Position numbers and translations under genes: made by a program. The notes under the pieces were generated by a model. That model saw only the letters and a list, made by a program, of their open reading frames with translations, was not told the DNA's origin and did no database searches. Below, piece by piece: positions 38,940-53,743 of a DNA stretch of 64,000 nucleotides. The stretch spans positions 22,506,001-22,570,000 of the forward strand of contig OX597826.1 in NCBI GenBank assembly GCA_951406725.2, written 5' to 3'. This DNA comes from Octopus vulgaris. Taxonomy: Eukaryota. Positions within the stretch are counted from its first letter, which is position 1. Each line of letters starts with the position of its first letter.

Positions 38940-41900
38940 ATTAGTATCTCTGCCTATGCTGCACAAGCGGGCCTACCAAATAATCAGAAGAACCACCTTT
39001 ATGATATTCTTCTACAGGCTACCTCAAAGACGAGTGACAATGACCTCATCTTTGTGGCTGGAAATTTTAATGGGCATATCAGACGACAATCTGGTATCTT
39101 TTTGGCTGGAAATTTTAATGGGCATATTAGACGACAATCTGGTATCTTCCATGGTGTTCATGGGGGCCATGGAATTGGTTCCGGAAATGAAGGGGGAACT
39201 AGGCTATTGGAGTTCTGTGATGCAAGCAACCTATTGATCTGTAACACCAACTTCAGGAAGCCAGCCAGCCAACCACATAATAACCTATCAATCAGGTGAC
39301 TCTGCTAGCCAGATTGATTTTATCCTCACCAGACAGCGGGATGCATGGTTGCTCTTAAACAGAAAGACCTTGCCTGGTGAAGAATGTGCCCTTCCCAGCA
39401 TAGACTAGTCATTAGTGACTTTAGACTCCAGGCCAGAAGGATGCCAAGAAGCAGACCAATCCAGAAAAGGATTTGGAAGCTTAAGAATTCTTCACATAAT
39501 CTGAGATTTAGGGACATCCTCATTGAAAAATTTGATGAGCGGGAGGAGGAGCTACATATTTGTGACAAAGAGGATAACTGGAAATTCCTGCATAACAGCT
39601 TGCTGAGTGCCACAGACCAAACCTGCGGATGGTGAAAAGTCCCTTCCAGACCTAGGGTAATGTGGTAGGGGAATAATACTGTAGAAAGGGCCATTAAAAC
39701 AAAGAAACAAGCCTGGAAAACCTGGAAGAGTGGGGGCAGCAGGGAACTGTACCAGATAGCCAGAAGGGAGGCTAGGAGATGGGTATATCTAGCCAAGAGA
39801 GAAGCAGAAAAGAAGTTTACCAATGTTCAGTGATGTGAGGACCAAAGAACTGAAGTATTTCGGATTGCAAGACAGTGTGAGAGAGAAAATTGTGATGTCA
39901 CAGGAGAGAAATATGTCTGCATGGATGATGGTGCACTTACATTTAATGATTCTGTAAAGAAAGAGACTTGGAGATGCCATTAAAAAAGACTGGTGAATGT
40001 GGAGAATGCATGGGAAGTGGAGAGTCTGCTGAATGTTGACTCAATTGAGGGACTAGCTAACTGAATCAACAAAACTCTGGTAAATAAAGCAATTAAGAAT
40101 ATGAAGTCAGGGAAAGCCCCCAGCCCATCAGGAATCACTGCTGAGATGCTTAAAATATCTGGTTGTGTGGGTCTAGTCACCCATATTGTAAATCTGGTAG
40201 TTCATGAAGGAGTCATACTCAATGACAAGTGTAGCAGCACCATATTCAATTGCTACAAAGGTAAAGGTGATGCTTTAGACAGAAATAACTACTGGGGTAT
40301 CCAATTGCTGGATCAGGTGATGAAGGTCACAGAGAGGGTTTAAGCCCTACTAATTAAGGACAGAGTTAGTCTAGATGAGATGCAGTTTGGTTTTGTTCCA
40401 GGCAGAAGCATCACTGATGCTATATTTCTGGTAAGGCAACTGCAAAAGAAATACCTAGCCAAAGATAAACCTCTGTACTTAGCTTTTGTTGACTTGGAGA
40501 AAGCCTTTGACAGGGTCCGTCGATCCTTTATCTGGTAGGGAATACAGAAACCAGGGATACACAAGTAGTTAGTAAGAGCTGTACAGGGATGCTGTCAGTA
40601 AGGAGAGGGTCGGCAATGAGTACAGTGAAGAATTCTGGGTAGAAGTAGTGGTTCACCAAGGATCAGTCCTTAGACCCCTCTTATTCATCATAGTCCTCCA
40701 GGCAATAATAGAGGAATTTAAGACAGGCTGCCACTGGGAGCTCCTCTATACTGATGACCTTGCTCTCATAGTTGAAATATTACCAGAACTAGAGAAGAAA
40801 TTTCAGGTGTGGAAGCAATGTCTAGAATTGAAGGGCCTTAGAGTCAATCTAGCAAAAACCAAAGTAGTAAGTAGGAAGACAGACAAATCACAAAGCCCTT
40901 CATGTAGATGGCCCTGCTCTATCTATAGAAAATATATAGGCAGAAACTCCATAAGAGGTGCAACAATATCAAAGGAAGGTTAACCGGGATGATAGTTTTT
41001 GTGTGCGGCAGATGCACAGGAGCAATAAACACAAAGATGTTCAGAAAACAGATTCCATGACATGTCAGGGGGAGAAAGTATAAGTAGTTGATAGCTCCTG
41101 CTACCTAGGTGACCAAGTCTGTAGTGGGGGTGGATGCTCTGAGAGTGTTGCCACTAGAATAAGAATAGCTAGGGCAAAGTTCAGAAAGCTCCTACCTCAG
41201 CTGGTAACAAAGGGCCTCTCTCTCAAAGTGAAAGGTAGACTGTATGATGCATGTGTGTGAACAGCCAAGCTGCACGGCAGTGAAACATGGGCCATGACTG
41301 TTGAGGACATGCATAGGCTTGAAAGAAATGAAGCTAGTATGATCCACTGGATGTATAATGTCAATGTGCACACACAACAGAGTGTAAGCACCCTAAGAAA
41401 AATGTTGAAGCATCAGATGTGGTGTGCAAGAGAGATGACTGCACTGGTATGATCATGTGCTGCATATGGATGAGGAAAGCTGTGTGAAGAAGTGTCACAC
41501 CCTAACAGTGGAAGAGGGATATCCAGGAAAACATGGGATGCGGTGGTGAAGCACGACCTTCAAACATTGGGCTTCACAGAGGCAATGACAAGAGAGCAAG
41601 ACCTTTGGAGATATGCTGTGATTGAGAAGACCTGGCAAATAAAGTGAGATCACAGCCATAGCCTATATCAGTGTCGCATAAACAGCCCATTTAAAAGTAC
41701 CCTTGAATCATTGGATAGCATGCTGCACTTGAGAAGACCTATTGAGTCAAGTAAAATCAAAATCAAAATCAAATCAAGATCAAAATGGAAATTTTAGTTG
41801 TGGCTGTTGCTAGTGTCACCTGACTGGCACTCATGCTGCTGGCATGTAATAAGCACCATTCAAGCATGGGCCAATGCCAGTGCTGCCTAACTGGCTCCCC

Positions 41901-42105
41901 ATGCTGGTAGCACATAAAAAGCACCATCCAAACATGGTCAATGCCAGTCTCCCCTCACTCTTGGAATGGCTGGCATCCAGCTGTAGAAACCTTGCCAGAT
42001 CAGATTGGAGCCTAGTGCAGCCTACTGGCTAGCCAGTTCCCAGTCAAACCATCCAACTCATGTCAGCATGGAAAACGGATGTTAAACAATGATGATGATA
42101 ATGAT
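38940..42105 (+). mobile_element. Decayed RTE LINE in DCAF17 intron 3
   Basis: APE/RT fragments, many stops, 48-bp internal tandem duplication near 39055-39150, tail. Confidence 0.9.
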
Positions 42106-42279
42106 GAAATGAATGTGTTCAATATGAACAGCAGACATGTACCATATGAAAAGCATTCAGATCCATGTAAAGTTCTATTATAAATAGTTTATATAAACTT
42201 TTCTATGCAAAATATGAGATGCCACTTATACCTTAGTAAATTCAGTATGTATTTATATGCATCCCTGGAAAAGTTTGTA

Positions 42280-45215
42280 GAAAATGTTGTGGTTATCTCA
42301 ACTGCTACACTCACTTGTTTTATACATTCTTACATACACCTTATCACCAATTCTAAAGAATTTTGGCATGTCTTTACTAGCATGTATTTTTTTCTTCACT
42401 GGTAACATTTTATCGAATACTGACTTCACCTTTCTGGCAAACACTAATTGTGCTGGTGAACTTCCTTCTGGTGCATTTGGGTCTAGAGTTACCTTGTATA
42501 CCTTTAAGAATTGTTGGATCATGACCTCATCTGTGGCTTCTTTATTAGCTTTCATTAAAGCTCTCTTAAAAGTGTCCATGAACTGTTCAACCCTTCCATT
42601 CGATCTACTGTGATACGAAGCTATAGTTTTATGTTCTAACAAGAACATCTCACAGAATCTTTTAAATTCACACAAAACAAATTGAAAAAATTATATTCGG
42701 TTCACCAAATCTTGTGAACAGTTCGTGTAAGAAGTTTATTAGTGTATATGAGGTTGTTTGTTTACCCCTCGTGACCTTAGACCATTTTGCATAGCTGCCC
42801 ACTACTATTAAGTAATAATACTCATTTACCTGGCCTGCAAAATCAATATGGAATCGGGACTGTGGTATTTTCACTTCTGGCCAAGGTTCACATCTTGCAG
42901 TAGGTAGTTTCGTTGCCAGCGCATATCCTCTGCAGCCTTTTACCAGGTTCTCAACTTCCTTGCCCATGCTTGGCCAGTATATGAAACTTCGCATCAGCGC
43001 TTTCATTCTAGAGATGCCTGAGTGTCTCACACAGAACTCTTTTAGCATTCTCTTCTGTAATGTCTGTGGTATGACCACCCTCTGAGCATACATTAGTACC
43101 CCATCACATTGTTGCAGTTCTTTGCATCAGACCTTTCTTTACTTCCTTTTCTTGAACAATTTTCTTTTTGTCTCATTAATAAATTTGTCATTTCTTGCAT
43201 TTCTTTTTATTTCTTCCAAAGTTACTAGTAGTTCACAGACAATGTTCCACACCACTTTTTTTTTTTGTTTCCGCTTCTGCTCTTAGCACTGCTATTATGG
43301 TGTCTTCCAGTGGTTCATTATTTCTTGGAATTAACCTAGACCATCAGCATGCTCCAACTTTTTTGAAGGCAGATATTCCATTTTATAATCATACTTTAAT
43401 AGAATGGTACCCCAATCGTGATGAGCTAGCAGAAACATTAGCATGCCTGGTGAAATGCTTAGCGGTATTTCGTCTGCCGTTATGTTCTGAGTTCAAATTC
43501 CGCTGAGGTCGACTTTGCCTTTCATCCTTTCGGGGTCGATAAATTAAGTACCAGTTACGCACTGGGATTGATATAATCGACTTAATCCATTTCATCTTTT
43601 CAGGGTCAATAAATTAAATACCAGTTACGCACTGGTGTCAATGTAATTGACTTAATCCCTTTGTCTGTCCTTGTTTGTCCTCTCTATGTTTAACCCCTTG
43701 TGGGCAGTAAATAAATAAGAATGGTACCCCACTGCTACAGTCTGTTTGTTCTATGTGTCAGGATTCCTTTTTTGGATCTGTATATCATTATTAGAAGTCT
43801 AGTCCATTTGCAACCAAAAATGTCTGTCATGAATGAATCTGTGGAAATTTTGTCATGCCAAATAAATTCATAGATTATTTTCAACACATAAACATTTACT
43901 TTTTTGGTTCAACCTTTGAAATTATATTACAAATGTGTTTGCCCATTAAATATAATTTTCCTCCCATAACACCATATGCTATTTTGCTTGAGCTACATAA
44001 TTTTGGTTTACCCATTTGTTCCCATGTCTTTTCATTTATGATTGTGATGTCACTTCCTGTATCTAATTGCATTCTGACACTAGTGGTTTCAATTTCCACA
44101 TTCCCAAATTTTCTGTTTGTTGTAGTCACAACTTTTCTAGCCGACAAACTATTTATTTTTTCTTGTTTGTTCCATTTTCCAATCATTCTAGTTTTGCAGC
44201 ACGATTTTATATGTCCTGTAAACCCACAGCAAAAACATTTTGCTTTTTTAAGCAGACAATCTTTTTCCAGGTGCATCCCACACACACCATACGTGGGTCT
44301 AGATCCCAATATTTTTTTCTGTTTTTCCTGCAACACTTTGTCTTTTGGCTTTTTTTGCACAGGTCTTATGTGAAAACACTCTTTCCACTGAATTTTTTCC
44401 ATATCATGCCTTCATTCTAATATCATGTCACACTCTTCCAACAGTTTCTGCAATGTCAAATACTGGTTCAGATTTCTGCATCCCTTTTATTTGTCAATCC
44501 TTGTGCAAAAATCAAACACTTGAAAGAACCTGGAGCAAGCCTAAATCCCTCTTGTTCTTTGTTCACTTTGCTTGTGTAAGTAGTGAAGTCTTCATCTTCA
44601 TTCTTTTCTATGTTTAAACATTTCCATCTAGTATTAAACAGTGAGCTCTTTTCACTAAACATTTTGCACAAAATGTCAACTGTATCAGTGAAATTATATG
44701 TTGGATGATTCTTTTGGCAATATGAAGTTACTATACTTCTCATGCCCTGCTGTCACTTGTTTTCTCAACACTAAACATGTTTTCATTTTGTCCATCCCAT
44801 CCTGACATTCTTTTTCAAAAATTTGTTCAAATCTTCAAATGTAAGCCTCAAAGTTTACTCTTTCTTCAGGGTCATATCTGAACTCGCTTATGGAATTTGC
44901 TAAATGGTCAGGTGGAAATGTATTCTCTGGTTTCGTTATCAACTTCATTAGTTGTAACATTTGCTGCTGCAATCCTCCTCCTCCTCCTCTTCTTCTTCTT
45001 CTTCTCCTCCTCCTCCTTGTTGTTCCTTGGGTTGTTGTTGTTGCAACTCAACTACTCCAGCTAACAAATTTTATGATTTTCATAAGTTTGCACAGCAGGA
45101 TTTTTGTCGAATTATTTAATTTTCCACGTGAATTAGTTTAAACTCTCTGTGTGAATGTTTTTTTTCACTCTGCATAAATTTGTTTTATCTCATTGCCACT
45201 GTTGTAAAGTGGGTT
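42280..45215 (-). mobile_element. Decayed Ty3/Gypsy element (gag, protease, integrase; RT mostly deleted)
   Basis: CFCCGFTGHIKSCC knuckle, LDTGSDIT protease, H.GISRMK..RS..YWP, HIDFAG, SNGRVEQ integrase; TGG-starting PBS-like TGGCAATGAG at ~45189-45198. Confidence 0.85.
43410..43720 (+). mobile_element. SINE inserted in decayed Gypsy
   Basis: CCTTTCGGGGTCGATAAATTAAGTACCAG core (duplicated), A-rich tail; AGAATGGTACCCCA repeated on both sides as a TSD. Confidence 0.75.
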
Positions 45216-45294
45216 CCTTCCACTGGTGTGATGTGTGGCTGCTGTTGTACTTGCAGTTGCTGTTTAACGCTAGTAGCATGTCCTAGTAACACCT

Positions 45295-45985
45295 ACGCAT
45301 GTCCTTGACAATCACAGCCCATGTTTCACTGCCATGTAGCATGGCTGTTTGTACACAACCATCATACAATCTGCCTTTCACTCAGAGAGAGGCCTTTTGT
45401 TACCAACAGAGGTAGGAACCCTCTGAACTTTGTCCAACCTATTCTTATTTTAGCAGCGATGCTCTTGGAGCATCCACCCTTGCTACTGACTTGGTCACTT
45501 AGATAATGGAAGCTATCAACTATTTCTAGTTTTCCCCACTGGCATTTGATGGAATTTATTTTCTGTACATTTTTAGTGTTTATTGTACCTGTGCAACGTT
45601 CACACAAAGACTATTTTCCTCTAATATTGCTGCACCACTTATGTGTCCATAGCTTACACAAGGTACATCTTAAGGAGTTTCTACCTATGCCTTTACTACA
45701 GATCGAATAGGGCCATCTACCTGAAAGGATTTGTGATTTGTCTGCTTTTCTACTTACTAAGAATTCAGTTTTTACTAGATTAACTCTAAGGCCCTTTGAT
45801 TCTAGACTTTGCTTCCATGTTTGAAATTTCTTCTCTAGTTCTGGTAGTAATTCAGCTATAAGAACAAGGTCATCAGCATAGAGGTGCTCCCAAGGGCAGC
45901 CTGTCTTAAATTCCTCTGTTATTGCCTTAACAATGAGTATAGCAATGAATTTAGAGTACAAGTAGGGGTTCACCGAAGATCAGTC
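45295..45985 (-). mobile_element. RTE RT/C-terminal fragment
   Basis: LYADDL, finger remnant, DSFHYLSD. Confidence 0.85.
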
Positions 45986-46185
45986 CTCTTGTTTAAAAGA
46001 TAATGATGATCATGAGAATTTTGTCAAGATTTGCTTATTTTTAAATAGTGTGGATATATATTGGATACATTCATATGTGTTTGTATGTGTATGTATATGC
46101 ACACATACAAGTTTGTGTATGTGTATGGAAATGTATGTATTAAACAGTATGAAAACAATTTTTTGTTTTGTGAACAGAAACTTAC

Positions 46186-46227
46186 CAATCATAACATGTT
46201 AAACAGTTCTTCAAGAATATGTAATCT
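46186..46227 (-). CDS. DCAF17: DCAF17-like coding exon 3 (DYIFLKNCLTCYD)
   Basis: ttgcag| acceptor, |gtaagt donor, 42 nt, phase 2 to 2; resembles human RIYFDNYRRCVS. Confidence 0.8.
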
Positions 46228-46689
46228 CTGCAATATATTGAAAATAGAGCCAGAAATAAATAAAAACAAAAAAGCCAACACATAAAATAAGATTAGTCAT
46301 AAAAATACTATCTTTTTTCTAAGATAGAATCAATATTTACTCAAGACTTGCTGTTTCCTATCAAGAAACTCATTGTAAACAATGAGTCGAATTTAGGTAG
46401 ATGCCAGCAAATCTAGCAATAAAGTTTTATGTAAAACGATTGCTGGATTTTTGAGGGATGACATCAGCACAAAGCTGTCCAATTAAATTTGATCTTGATT
46501 TATAAAAAAAAAAGAAGAGAGACAATTCAAAGAATGACAGTAAGACAGAAGGAACAATGAGAGGGAGCTGCAGAGAGAGAGAGACAGACAGACCAGATCT
46601 AAGTGGAGTGGCAGACAGGAGAAAAGAGGATGATAATTTAAATTATTCCTTGGCAACTTGTCAACTCAAAGAGTCTGCAATACAAATGA

Positions 46690-47760
46690 CTAAAACTGCT
46701 ACTAACATAAGAATTACACTTGGCAGGACGGCCTTTGGCAGTAATTACAGCTTGAATTCTATGAGATATGCACTTGTACAAAGTTTGAATTGTTTCCAAA
46801 GGAATTTTTGTCCATTCTTCAGCTAAAACAGTCCCCAGTTCTTGTAGTGATGATGATGGAGGATATCGACTCCTTACTTGTTTTTCTAAAATGCACCATA
46901 AATGTTTAATAATATTGAGATCTGGGGACTGGGTAGCCAGATAAAATGTTCAACTTCACTAGAATGTTCTTCGTACCATACAGTAACAACTTTAGCTGTG
47001 TGAATTGGTGCATTATCATCCTGAAAGATTGTGTTTTCCTCAGGAAACAGTTCCACAACCATAAGATGAATTTGATCAGATAATTGCTTAAATAGTTTTA
47101 ACTATTAATTCTATCATGAAGGGAAACCATTGGGCTGGTGGATTTTCAAGATATAGCCCCCACCCCCAATCATCACAGACTCTCCATCTTTAACAGTTGG
47201 AAGAAGGCGATCTGGATCAAATGCTTCTTTTGGCTGTCTCCACATGTACACTCGGCCAGTTGTCGGGAATAAGGTAAAGGATAACATGTCCAAGAAAATA
47301 ACATACTTCCACTTCTCTAGGGACCAATTCTGTAGGTTTTTCTCCACTCTAAATGCTTTGCAACGTTTGTTTTTGAAAGTAGTGGTTTTCTGATTGCAGC
47401 TCTCCCATGAAATCCAGCTTTGTGCAGCTCCTGGCAAATAGCTTTTGCTGAAACTAGGTTCTCGAGGTGGTCATTAAGCTCTGCAGCAATTTTGGGAACT
47501 GTACTTTTGTGATCCTTTCTAACAATTCGCATAAGTGTCAGACGGTCCCTATCTGAAAGTTTTGGTTTTCTTCCAGAGTTTTGTTTCGACAAGGAGGTTT
47601 TTCCCTGTTTCGCAAAGGCTGTCATTGCTTTTGAGACAGTACTTCTTGATACACTAAACATTTCGGCTGTTTTCGTTATGCTAGCGCCTGCCATATGAGC
47701 ACTAACAAATTAACCTCTGTCATTTTAATGAATTTTAATTACCTTTTTCTGATGATATCT
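46690..47760 (-). mobile_element. Decayed Tc1 transposon
   Basis: Paired-like HTH (GASITKTAEMFSVSRSTVSK, SGRKPKLSDRD), WKYVIF.D, FQDDNAPIH, SPDLNII remnants. Confidence 0.88.
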
Positions 47761-48832
47761 GAAATGAAACAGCAATTTTAGCAAAACATATTAAGCAACA
47801 CTAAACACATGGCCTATGCCAAGCCAATTTATGTGCTTTCCCATTTGGCCCCTAACCTCTTCTATACCACCAAAAGTCAAAATGAGATAAAGAGCAACCT
47901 ACATCAGTTTTCCCATTGTTCTCGGCGATATGTTGAAAGATGTCTTATGGGTGACCATCAAAGCTACAGCAGAAACAGTCCAACCTGCTACTATTAAGGA
48001 ATTGACTGATTTCATGATTATTAGGGCTTTTGAAGTTATCCATCAAAATGGCGCTCATGTGGCTAAATAATTCGTTATGTCAATAAATGCTATAATATTA
48101 TTATGGTTTTCTGTTAAATTTATACTCAATGTATGCTTAATATGTATCATTACCCTTCATTTTCTGAAAAAAAAAAAATGTCTGGATGGGCTATTTTCAT
48201 TCAAATGCTATTAGTGTGGTTCACCCAAAAACTGAAGAATCTGAAATATATAAGAAAGGATGTTGCACAGAATAATGAAAACATAACAATGGTGTTGCCA
48301 TAGTGTGCAAACCAGGTGGGAAAAGTTTATCAAAATTGATTTACTGAAAACTGAGAAATCCTAAATTTCACTCCTAAGCTATTAGCGCAGTTCTGGCTGT
48401 ATACACATGAGCATGCACACACATACACACACAGTGCTTCCAGAAATCAGTTTCCTCAATGAGGGCAGATCTTCTCAAGAACCACATTGAGCATCCAGTC
48501 ATACATACAATACCAAGAATATCATAAAACAAATTTCAATGTTACAAAAGCAAAACAATACACATAAGCAATTATAGCAAATAATCTTGTTCATTTGAAG
48601 TAACTGAGCTACATGAAATGCTTTTTTTTTTCTTTCCAGAGATTAATATCTCTGGAAATAAATAAAACCCATTTTCTCAATCAGTGTGACAAAATTAAAT
48701 TTTCTTGCCCAAAATAGATGTGTGTGTCTGGGATACAAAGCCACGATCCAAGAGCTACTGAGAGGCTAACTGATCTTATTAATAGGATACAGTGCAGCTA
48801 CAAAATGAAGAGTTTAGAATGACATAACTCAC

Positions 48833-48894
48833 CCTGTTGAGAATATTGGCTGCTTTGAGTGTACTTCAAAGGTGCATTTATACTTGTGACCACT
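48833..48894 (-). CDS. DCAF17: DCAF17-like coding exon 2 (SGHKYKCTFEVHSKQPIFSTG)
   Basis: ttattcag| acceptor, |gtgagt donor, 62 nt, phase 0 to 2; resembles human STKFKNVWTTHSRSPIAYERG. Confidence 0.82.
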
Positions 48895-49597
48895 CTGAAT
48901 AAATTTAGGGAAGAAAAGCAATGAATGAGATTATTATAAACAATAAAGATGCCTAAAATTTGCATGGAACTTCAAATAGAGTTAAGTACTTGGCCCAAAA
49001 CAATAAACTAGTATATCAAAGTTCATATTTCATAAACCATTTTTAAATTAAAGAAAACTTAAACACTGAAGATTTTGACATCAGAAAGGAAAGAACTAGA
49101 GCCAACATGGTAATAAATTTTAATTTAGTTCTCTATTTTATCTTCTCTTCACAAATACACACACATTTTTAAAGATATATTTCTTTTCTTAGTGAAAATA
49201 AGGAGGATATCTCTCTTTTCAGTGAAGTGAGGCTAATATGGTGAGTACAAAATACATTTACATTAATTTCAAATGAAAAAGTAAATCTGAATTGCTTAAA
49301 AATTTAATGGGAGGTATGCAATGAACAGTAAGTCTGATCTTTGGTAAGTACAGTGAAAACTCTCAACATGTTTGGTCGTATTACATTTCTTTTAATACAT
49401 ACCTACATACAGTTGTACAGTAAAGAAGTTCCCAACCACATACTTTGGGTCCAGTCCCACTATATGGCACTTTGGGTGTTGTCTTATAGTTAGCCTGGGA
49501 TAACCAGACCTTTGTGAGTGAATTCAGTAGATGGAAACTGAAAGAAGCCCATTGTATGTATGTATGTATGTATATTATATATGTGTGTGTGTGTGAA

Positions 49598-49917
49598 GGC
49601 GCGTAGGTTAGTGGTTAGGGCATTCGACTCATGATCGTAAGGTCATGAGTTCAATTCCCAGTGATGTGTTGAGTCCTTGAGCAAGACACTTTATTTCACG
49701 TTGCTCCTGTCCACTCAGCTGGCAAAAATGAGTAGTACCTGTATTTCAAAGGGGCCAGCCTTGTCACACTCTGTGTCACGCTGAATTTACCCCGAGAACT
49801 ACGTTATGGGTACATGTGTCTGTGGAGTGCTCAGCTACTTGCACGTTAATTTCACGAGCAGGCTTTTCCGTTGATCGTATCAGCTGGGACCTTCGTCGTC
49901 CTAACCGACAGAGTGCT

Positions 49918-49918
<1 letters not shown>
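49598..49918 (+). mobile_element. tRNA-derived SINE
   Basis: GGCGCGTAGGTTAGTGGTTAGGG...GAGTTCAATTCCC head; body shared with 6795-7178; preceded by another SINE fragment 49420-49555. Confidence 0.8.
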
Positions 49919-49961
<43 letters not shown>

Positions 49962-50049
49962 TATAAAGCAGCGATATTGTGGGGAGAAAGATTGGAGTAA
50001 AAACAGATAATATTGTGGGGTCCCTTACATTATTGACAGTAGTTTTAGT

Positions 50050-52440
50050 AAAACTAGATTACCGCCCCTTCATTTTGTTACATAGATGCATCAGGACCTC
50101 TGCATTTAAGTAGTGCCAAAAGATGAACCATATGACACATATACCGGGCTTATCTATTATTGAACTTAGCTGAAAACTCTCCCTTTCAATTGACAATCTA
50201 ATAATTTATATATATTATAACATAATATACAGTGAATTGGATGTTTTACACACTCCTTTGAAGAAATTCCTTTCCTTAGTTTGTTACTTAATATAAATAT
50301 AAATATTTTATACACACCTCTATACAATTTTAACTTTCAACTGCTTTTTTGCTATTATTGAACTTAGCTGAATACTCCCCCTTTCAATTAGATACCTATT
50401 TGAACATAAATTCCTTCAAAGGAGTGTATAAAACATCCAATTCACTGTATATTATGTTATATTCATAGTATATTATGTTATAATATAAATATTTTATACA
50501 CATCTCTATACAATTTTAACTTTCAACTATTTTTTTACTCAACTTAGCTAAATACTCTCCCTATATAGAACATAAATTTTTGTTCCCTTAAACCCTTTCA
50601 GATATCTTTTCCTTATTTTCCCTCCCTATAATCAACTAGATTATATTTCCTCCTTCTACCTTATAAAAAATATATATTCTTTTATTCTTTTCTTTTACTT
50701 GTTTTAGTCATTTGACTGCGGCCATGCTGGAGCACCTCCTTTAGTCGAGCAAATTGACCCCAGGACTTATTCTATCGGTCTCTTTTGCTGAACTGCTAAC
50801 TTAAGGTACGTAAACACAGCAGCACCGGTTGTCAAGCGATGTTACGGGAAAAACACAGACACACAAACATATATACACACATACATATATATATATACAG
50901 CAGGCTTCTTTCGGTTTCCATCCACCAAATCAACTCACAAGGCTTTGGTCAGCCCAAAGCTATAGTAGAAGACACTTGCCCAAGGTACCACACAGTGGGA
51001 CTGAACCTGGAACCATGTGGTTGGTAAGCAAGCTACTTACCACACAGCCACTCTTGCGCCTATGTATATATATCAAATACACACCTTAACACAGGGCATC
51101 CCCATGTGTATATGTGTGTGTGTATATATGTATGTATAAGGAAAATAAGGTAGAAAATGTTAATATAATTTTATCATGAAGAACATTTTAGTACTGGTTT
51201 CAGTCTTTGTGACTTTTGCAAGTAAAGCATGAAAAACAATTTGCGGAAAAATTAAATGAAAGGATATTTTAGAATATTTCTATAGTTCTCAAATACATGG
51301 GACTTTTTCCTTTTTTCTGTCTGTCTGTCTCTCTCTTTGACTGCAGTGAAGGCTCAGTCAGTGTGTGTGTGTATATATCTATGTATATATACTTATCCAT
51401 GCCTGCTTACATGCCTCCATATCTATATGTGAAATTTGTGAATCCACATGGAAATACCCATATATATTCCATATATTTCTTTAATCTCACAGCTGCATTT
51501 TAAATATCTATGTACATACCCAAATTGATTAACGGTTGACAAATCGGCTACTTTTTAAAAATAACTTACATCCATCCTCCATCATATTTTGTTTCAATAG
51601 TCCAATACTTCATTCATCTTTTTTTATTTATTTTATCCTAAATTTATAGATAAAAACCTTATTTTCTTCACGAAGCCTGATGCATGTGTCATATGGTTCA
51701 TCTTTTTTGACATCCTAAATAATTATATACATACCTTTAGAAATTTCGATCCAAACTTTTCTATACGGTGCACACATGAAGCAATCAATCCCTTTTTGTT
51801 CTTTAATGTACTCTAAGACATTATTTATATTCACTACATTAGCCATTCAAAGTTCACAACCTGTATCCGTTTTTTTTATTTCTGGACCCAACACCTTTTG
51901 ATAAAACAATTGCCTAATGAAAATATTAATTAGTTGCGTATGTAACACACCTTAACATCCGTATTTTTATATATCTAAAAACCAGTTCATACCGACATTC
52001 TTTCACAAAATATATAAACTTATCACCATATTCTTATTATTGTTTGTATTTTCCCTTCTCTAACTTTCTTATTGTAACTAATTTCTTAACAGGAACCTTG
52101 ATATATTCTCATCCTAGTTTCTTATTATTTAGTGCTATTAACATAACATCTATCTCTATTTTTATTTATATCAAACCCATGTACAACAAACTTAAACATA
52201 AGTAATTTATAGACTATCAACAACCGTATTCTTATTTTTTTCTCCATTATCTTTGGTTAATCTGTCCACAGGTCTTCCTACCATCTAGTATTACTAATAT
52301 CAAATCAAATTTGGTTTTAAGCATCTACTATTTCACTTAGCCTACAAATTCAATTGACAAATTAAATACCTATTAGAACCCCCCCCCTTTGTTTTCCCTA
52401 TAAACCCCTTTCTGCTATATTTTATTCATTTCCCTCCATA
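50050..52440. mobile_element. Rearranged AT-rich repeat with inverted blocks (possibly decayed Penelope-like), interrupted by a SINE
   Basis: Inverted blocks 50215-50268/50409-50461 and 50117-50140/51684-51706; direct block near 50295/50485. Confidence 0.35.
50690..51062 (-). mobile_element. tRNA-derived SINE (family of 30478-30897)
   Basis: Reverse-complement homology over head, body and tail. Confidence 0.85.
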
Positions 52441-53743
52441 TATAAGTGTGTTTTTCTGTATCCATATCCATACGCCTGCATATACTTGATAGAGATGGGC
52501 ATCAAAACTATCCCTCATCCTCCCTACAATCCAGACCTTGCTGCCCATCACTTTTGGTTGTTCTCCAAGCTGAGGAAGAGGATGAAGACAAGGGTCCTGG
52601 ACACCCTCCCTTGACTTGCAACCCAAGACAGGTTGCAAGTCAAGGGAGCCTCTAGTTAGTACCCAAATCTCTGAAATCAGACCAACCATTTTTATAAAAA
52701 GGTAGATGCATATTAAAATAATATAACTTTGGATACCCTTAAAAAAGAAAGGTTGGTCATAGTTGGAATGTCTTTCATCATAGGATCAGTTCAATCAGGG
52801 CTGACTTGGAGCTACACATCAGAACTCATCTCACAACACAAGTTTAATTTTGAGCTAGACATTCTTTTTTTTTTATTTTGAACTGGGTTTTTTCCCTTCT
52901 AGTGAACATACATAAAAGCATAAATAATGAAACCAAGCCAGGTGGGTATGTGTAAAGCGGTGCTAATCCTTCATACTAGGGTGAATTAGCATATTTGTTA
53001 AACCATTGAATAGAATGGATTCCCTGCAGCTTTTCACCACATATGTGCATTCTAATATCCTATTGAGATCGATTTTATTTTTCATCTTTTTGTGGATTCT
53101 GGAGAACAATTCTTTAACTGATCTGTTTCATCGAATATACACGGTACTTCAGATGGTCTTCAGTTACATGTGTTGTTTTGTCGCCGATACGAGAACAACC
53201 AGGTAGAGTTACTACTATATTGCATCAAACAATACTTAGTTAGATATAAATTTTATACGATTACATATTTTCCCTAAAACAAACAAAAAGACATCACATA
53301 CATGTCATAGATCATACATATTTTCAAGGAAATGTGAAATGTATAAGATCAAGAGTTACGAGAAATAGCGAAACGACGGCTAGAAAATTTTCTTTCATTT
53401 TAAGAAAAAAAACACATTAATTATAAGACATAATGATGTATAAGAGCCATCAAAAATCTGGAAAAGATACGAATTCCTGGCAAATTCGCTTCAACTTGTC
53501 TCGCCAAAGAAATTCGAAATTGCGACTGAAGCATAATCTCGAGTAACCAGATTCTTTTAATTCTCTATTTGTGTGATTCAATTGTTTGTATATCATCTGT
53601 ATGTCGTGCAAATTTTAACCAAAGCAGAATGTTTCGAAAGTCCTGGTCCAACTCTGGACAAAGGAAAACACACATTGCATCTAACACACATTACGCTGAA
53701 AATTTTTTTCAGTAAATATGAAAAGGATTATCATTTCACTTAC